Assembly (NCBI GenBank): GCA_963817715.1
Contig: CAWFPG010000009.1
Location: forward strand, 203,133 to 267,132
Length of the DNA: 64,000 bases
Source of the DNA: an uncultured Gemmatimonadales bacterium
Lineage (GTDB): Bacteria; Gemmatimonadota; Gemmatimonadetes; Gemmatimonadales; GWC2-71-9
Direction of reading: 5' to 3'
Shown: positions 60,105-64,000 of the stretch, one piece after another
Layout of the letters: each line of letters starts with the position of its first letter
How positions within the stretch are numbered: the first letter of the stretch is position 1
Made by a program: the position numbers and the translations under genes
The notes under the pieces: model-generated
Seen by the model: only the letters and a program-made list of their open reading frames with translations
The model's database searches: none
What the model was told of the DNA's origin: nothing

Positions 60105-61370
60105 ATGGCAACCAAGGTGGTCATGGAGGCGCTCTCCCCCACGATGGAAGAGGGACGCCTCGTCGAATGGAAGAAGGCCGAGGGCGACGCGGTCGCCACC
60201 GGCGACGTCATCGCCGAGGTCGAGACCGACAAGGCGGTGATGGAGCTGGTCGCCCGCGCCGACGGCGTGCTGCTCAGGCAGGTCGCCGCCGCGGGGGACA
60301 CGGTGCCGGTTGCCGAAGTGGTCGGCTGGATCGGCGCCGAGGGCGAGGCGATTCCGGGGGGTGAGGCGAAACCGGCCGCACCCGCTGGCGCGCCGCCCGC
60401 GGCGCGGGATGCCGCCACCACGCCGGGGCCATCCGCGCCCGTACCCGCCGACGTGCCACCCGCGGCGCACGATGCTGCCAGCTCGCCGGAGCCGTCCGCG
60501 CCGCAAGCGGCGCGGCAGCAGGGCGATCGCATCAAGGCCTCGCCGGTGGCCCGCCGGATCGCCCAGGAGCGCGGCCTCGACCTGGCGATGATCGCCGGCA
60601 GCGGACCCGAGGGACGGATCATCAAGCGCGACGTGGAGGGCACCGGGCCGGCCGTCGGCGCCGCGATGCCGGCCGGCTTCGATGTGTCCGGCTTCACCGA
60701 CGTGCCGCTGTCGCAGATGCGCAAGGCCATCGCGCGTCGGCTGGTCCAGTCGATCGGGCCGATCCCGACCTTCTACCTCACGGCCGAGGCCGACATGGAA
60801 CGCGCCGCCGAGGCGCGCGACGCACTGCTCGCCCGCGAACCGGAGGGGAAGTTCTCGTTCAACGACATCATCATTCGCGCCTGTGCCAGTGCACTCCGGC
60901 AACACCCGTGGGTCAACGCCTGGTGGATGGACGACCGGATCCGGCAGTGGCAGGACGTGCACGTGGGCGTGGCGGTCGCGATCGACGAGGGACTCATCAC
61001 CCCGGTGATCCGCCACGCCGACCGCAAGTCGCTGCGCCAGATCGGTGCCGAGGTGAAGGAGCTCGCCGGCCGGGCCCGGGCCAAGCGGCTCCAGCCCGAG
61101 GAGTACACCGGGGCCACCTTCTCGGTGTCCAACCTCGGGATGTTCGGCATCGATGAGTTCACCGCGATCATCAACCCGCCCGAGGCCGCAATCCTCGCGG
61201 TCGGCCGCCTCGAGCCGAAGCCGGTGGTGGTCGACGGTGCGGTGGTGGTGCGGCGCCGGATGCGGATGACCCTGTCGTGCGACCATCGGGTGATCGATGG
61301 CGCCACCGGGGCGCAGTTCCTCAAGACGCTGGTGGGGATGCTGGAGAATCCGCTGGCACTGGTGTGGTAG
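60105..61370 (+). CDS. pdhC: Dihydrolipoamide acetyltransferase E2
   Basis: Lipoyl domain EVETDKA, ASPVARRIA..G.GPEGRI, SNLGMFG, DHRVIDG. Confidence 0.95.
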   Translation: MATKVVMEALSPTMEEGRLVEWKKAEGDAVATGDVIAEVETDKAVMELVARADGVLLRQVAAAGDTVPVAEVVGWIGAEGEAIPGGEAKPAAPAGAPPAARDAATTPGPSAPVPADVPPAAHDAASSPEPSAPQAARQQGDRIKASPVARRIAQERGLDLAMIAGSGPEGRIIKRDVEGTGPAVGAAMPAGFDVSGFTDVPLSQMRKAIARRLVQSIGPIPTFYLTAEADMERAAEARDALLAREPEGKFSFNDIIIRACASALRQHPWVNAWWMDDRIRQWQDVHVGVAVAIDEGLITPVIRHADRKSLRQIGAEVKELAGRARAKRLQPEEYTGATFSVSNLGMFGIDEFTAIINPPEAAILAVGRLEPKPVVVDGAVVVRRRMRMTLSCDHRVIDGATGAQFLKTLVGMLENPLALVW

Positions 61371-61372
61371 AA

Positions 61373-61453
61373 GTCGATGGTCGATGGCTGATGGTCGATC
61401 GCCGGCCCGACGAGCCGGCGGCGGTCCATGTCCATCGACGATTGACCATCGAC
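61373..61453. repeat. Heptamer inverted array (GTCGATG / CATCGAC) between pdhC and lpdA
   Basis: gtcgatg gtcgatg gctgatg gtcgatc ... catcgac gattgac catcgac. Confidence 0.85.
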
Positions 61454-61490
61454 CTCGCGAAGCGACTGACCTGAACCGGAGTTCCCTGCA

Positions 61491-62891
61491 GTGGCCAATC
61501 ATTCCTTTGACGTCATCATCATCGGCGGCGGTCCCGCCGGCTACCCCTCGGCCATCCGGGCCACGCAGCTCGGCCTCAGCGCCGCCGTGGTCGAGCGGGG
61601 CAAGCTGGGCGGGGTCTGCGTCAACATCGGCTGCATTCCCACCAAGGCGCTGCTCCATTCAGCTGCCCTGCTGCGGAGCCTCCAGCACGATGCCAAGGCG
61701 AACGGCATCACCACCGGCGAGGTGAGCGGCGACTACGGCGTGGCGATGAAACGCTCGCGCAAGGTCGCCGACCAGAACTCGAGAGGTGCCGAGTTCCTGA
61801 TGAAGAAGAACAAGGTGACCGTCTTCAAGGGCACCGGCGTGCTGACCTCGGCCAACACCGTGACGGTCGGCGACGACACGCTCACGGCGAAGAAGGCGGT
61901 GGTGCTCGCCACCGGGTCGCGCACCAAGGGGATTCCGCAGGTCGGCCTCGCCGTCGATGGCAAGGTCGTCATCACCTCCGACGAGGCGCTCTTCCTCGAG
62001 CAGGCACCGAAGCGACTCGCGATCGTCGGCGCCGGCGCCGTGGGCACCGAGTTCGCCGACATCTTCCGCACCTTCGGCAGCGAGGTCACCCTGATCGAGG
62101 CGCTGCCGCGCATCCTGCCGATCGAGGATGCCGAGTGCTCCGACGTGATCGCGAAGGCCTACAAGAAGCGCGGCATCAGCGTGATGGCCGGCGTGAAGGT
62201 CGTCAAGGCCGACGTCGGCGCCAACGAGGCGACGCTCACCCTCGAGGTGGGCGGCAAGAGCGAGACGGTCACCGCCGACCAGGTGCTGATGGCTGCGGGG
62301 CGGGCGGTCAACACCGAGGGCCTCGGCCTCGAGGAGGTCGGCGTGACGCTGACCGATCGCGGCTTCATCCAGGTCGATCCCGCCACGATGCAGACCAGCG
62401 TCAAGGGCGTCTACGCGATCGGCGACGTCGCCGGCCCGCCGATGCTGGCCCACAAGGGGACCCGCGAGGGCGTGCACGTCGCCGAGGTGATCGCCGGTCA
62501 CCAGCCGGGCGCGATCAACTACTCCAACGTGCCGAGTGTCACCTACTGCCACCCCGAAGTGGCCAGCATCGGGATGACCGAGGAGGCCGCCAAGGCTGCC
62601 GGCCACGACTATCAGGTCGGCCGCTTCCCGTTCTCGGCCAACGGCCGTGCTCGCGCCACCGACGAGACCGACGGCTTCGTGAAGATCATCCGCGACAAGA
62701 AGTACGGCGAGATCCTCGGGGCCCACATCGTGAGCGGCCATGCCTCGGAGATGATCCACGAACTGGTGCTGGCCCGCACCAGCGAGTACACGGTCGAGGA
62801 AGTCGACCTCGCCATCCACGCCCACCCGACCCTCTCCGAGGCGATCGCCGAGGCGGCGCTCGACTCGATGGGCCGGGCGCTGCACATTTGA
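61491..62891 (+). CDS. lpdA: Dihydrolipoyl dehydrogenase
   Basis: GGGPAG, GGVCVNIGCIPTK, GAGAVG, AIGDV, HAHPTLSE. Confidence 0.97.
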   Translation: MANHSFDVIIIGGGPAGYPSAIRATQLGLSAAVVERGKLGGVCVNIGCIPTKALLHSAALLRSLQHDAKANGITTGEVSGDYGVAMKRSRKVADQNSRGAEFLMKKNKVTVFKGTGVLTSANTVTVGDDTLTAKKAVVLATGSRTKGIPQVGLAVDGKVVITSDEALFLEQAPKRLAIVGAGAVGTEFADIFRTFGSEVTLIEALPRILPIEDAECSDVIAKAYKKRGISVMAGVKVVKADVGANEATLTLEVGGKSETVTADQVLMAAGRAVNTEGLGLEEVGVTLTDRGFIQVDPATMQTSVKGVYAIGDVAGPPMLAHKGTREGVHVAEVIAGHQPGAINYSNVPSVTYCHPEVASIGMTEEAAKAAGHDYQVGRFPFSANGRARATDETDGFVKIIRDKKYGEILGAHIVSGHASEMIHELVLARTSEYTVEEVDLAIHAHPTLSEAIAEAALDSMGRALHI

Positions 62892-62963
62892 GGCGACAGG
62901 CGACAGGCGAGGAGCGAAGGGTGGCACCGTGCCGCGACTCCACTCGCCCCTCGCCCATCGCGG
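62891..62963. repeat. Heptamer inverted array (AGGCGAC / CTCGCCC) after lpdA
   Basis: aggcgac aggcgac aggcgag gagcgaa ... ctcgccc ctcgccc atcgcgg. Confidence 0.75.
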
Positions 62964-62976
62964 CGTGGCCCCTCGG

Positions 62977-63453
62977 ATGACCACCCCACCCGTCTCGCCG
63001 AACCCGCTGGGCGACGCCGCGGCCACCGTCGACCAGGTGCCACTGGCGGTCCGCGCGATCGGCGCCGAGGCGGCGGTCGCGATCTGCTGTCTGGCGCTGG
63101 TCACGTGGGGGACGCTGCAACTCGCCGGGCCCGACGTCGCGGCCACCCGCCAGCAGATCGATCCCAGCGCCGCCTACGTCAACCTGCTGCTCTTCGGCAC
63201 CGTCTCGACCATGCCGATCACCGCACTGGTCGGCTGGCGGCTGATGCGGAGCATCGCCAACACCTGGCGCCGCACCGGGCTGGTGGCAACCGGCGTGCTG
63301 GCGGGAATGGTGGCCGGGATGCTGGCGACGATCGCTGCCCGCCAGATCGGCGGGCCGGCGGGATTGCTGGTGCTGGCGCTGCTGGCCCTGCTCCTGGCGC
63401 GCCTGCTCGCCATCGCGGCCGGCCGGGCGGCCGCGACCGCCTCAGCCCAATGA
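62977..63453 (+). CDS. Four-TM membrane protein of unknown function
   Basis: Hydrophobic segments; ATGA overlap with lipB. Confidence 0.65.
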   Translation: MTTPPVSPNPLGDAAATVDQVPLAVRAIGAEAAVAICCLALVTWGTLQLAGPDVAATRQQIDPSAAYVNLLLFGTVSTMPITALVGWRLMRSIANTWRRTGLVATGVLAGMVAGMLATIAARQIGGPAGLLVLALLALLLARLLAIAAGRAAATASAQ

Positions 63454-64000
63454 CCGCCCCGCTCGGGGTGATCGACCTCGGGCGCCGCGACTACCTCGAG
63501 ACGCTCGAGCTCCAGCGCGCCCTCCGCCTGGCGCGACTCGACGGCAGTGAGCCGGATGACTTGCTGCTCCTGGTCGAGCATGAACCGGTCTATACCCTGG
63601 GCCGCGGGACCCGCGCCTCCTCGCTCCCGATCGCACCCGACGCGCTGCGGGCGCGCGGGGCCACCGTGGTCGAGATCGAGCGCGGCGGCGACGTGACCTG
63701 GCACGGCCCGGGTCAGCTGGTCGGGTACCCGATCCTCGACCTGCGCGGCCATCGTCAGGACCTCCACTGGTACCTCCGCCAACTGGAGCGAGCCCTGATC
63801 GACGCCCTCGGCACCCTGGGCCTGCCCGCCAGCCCCGATCCGGGTCGCACCGGGGTGTGGACCGGGGGGCGCAAGATCGCCAGCATCGGAATCCACGTGA
63901 AGCAGTGGGTTACGCTCCACGGCTTCGCCCTCAATGTCCATCCCGACCTCGCCTGGTTCGAGGCGATCGTCCCCTGCGGTCTGCATGGCGTGACGATGAC
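63450..64000 (+). CDS. lipB: Octanoyltransferase LipB (partial; runs off the window end)
   Basis: Manual translation: LLLVEHEPVYTLGRG, ERGGDVTWHGPGQLVGYPILDL, RKIASIGIHV..WVTLHGFALN, IVPCGL. Confidence 0.95.
   Translation, partial: MTAPLGVIDLGRRDYLETLELQRALRLARLDGSEPDDLLLLVEHEPVYTLGRGTRASSLPIAPDALRARGATVVEIERGGDVTWHGPGQLVGYPILDLRGHRQDLHWYLRQLERALIDALGTLGLPASPDPGRTGVWTGGRKIASIGIHVKQWVTLHGFALNVHPDLAWFEAIVPCGLHGVTM

Overview
Very GC-rich bacterial chromosomal segment of about 63 genes. Gene content and order suggest Gemmatimonadota (inference). It is mostly core metabolism: pdp/deoA, ligA, acyl-CoA ligase, a pterin gene pair, a pheA-aroH-aminotransferase operon, HU, tdk, coaE, a dpp/opp ABC system, a TonB-dependent receptor, a TsdA-like cytochrome, an ArsN2-ArsC fusion, glycosyltransferases, a thiO-like oxidase and lipA-pdhABC-lpdA-lipB. 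Many essential genes carry single-base frameshifts, most likely long-read consensus errors. I saw no CRISPR array, tRNA, rRNA, transposase or phage genes. Most notable: (1) a Phe/Tyr-rich leader peptide with a complete terminator/antiterminator upstream of an ACT-less pheA; (2) a family of 7-bp-period inverted repeat arrays, mostly right after stop codons, with a unit that varies between loci; (3) a full archaeal-style nurA-herA-mre11-rad50 cluster flanked by a tandem DUF2283-like gene and a GNAT; (4) a 6S-like RNA with a near-consensus sigma70 promoter ahead of a PTPS-II/sepiapterin-reductase-like pair; (5) an RBS-sequestering structured leader before a DUF302 gene; (6) a codon-atypical patch inside an M23 peptidase gene; (7) a catalytically dead DEAD-box/DbpA protein; (8) an ArsR-type operator with no adjacent arsR. 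All family calls come from motif recognition by eye, not database searches.
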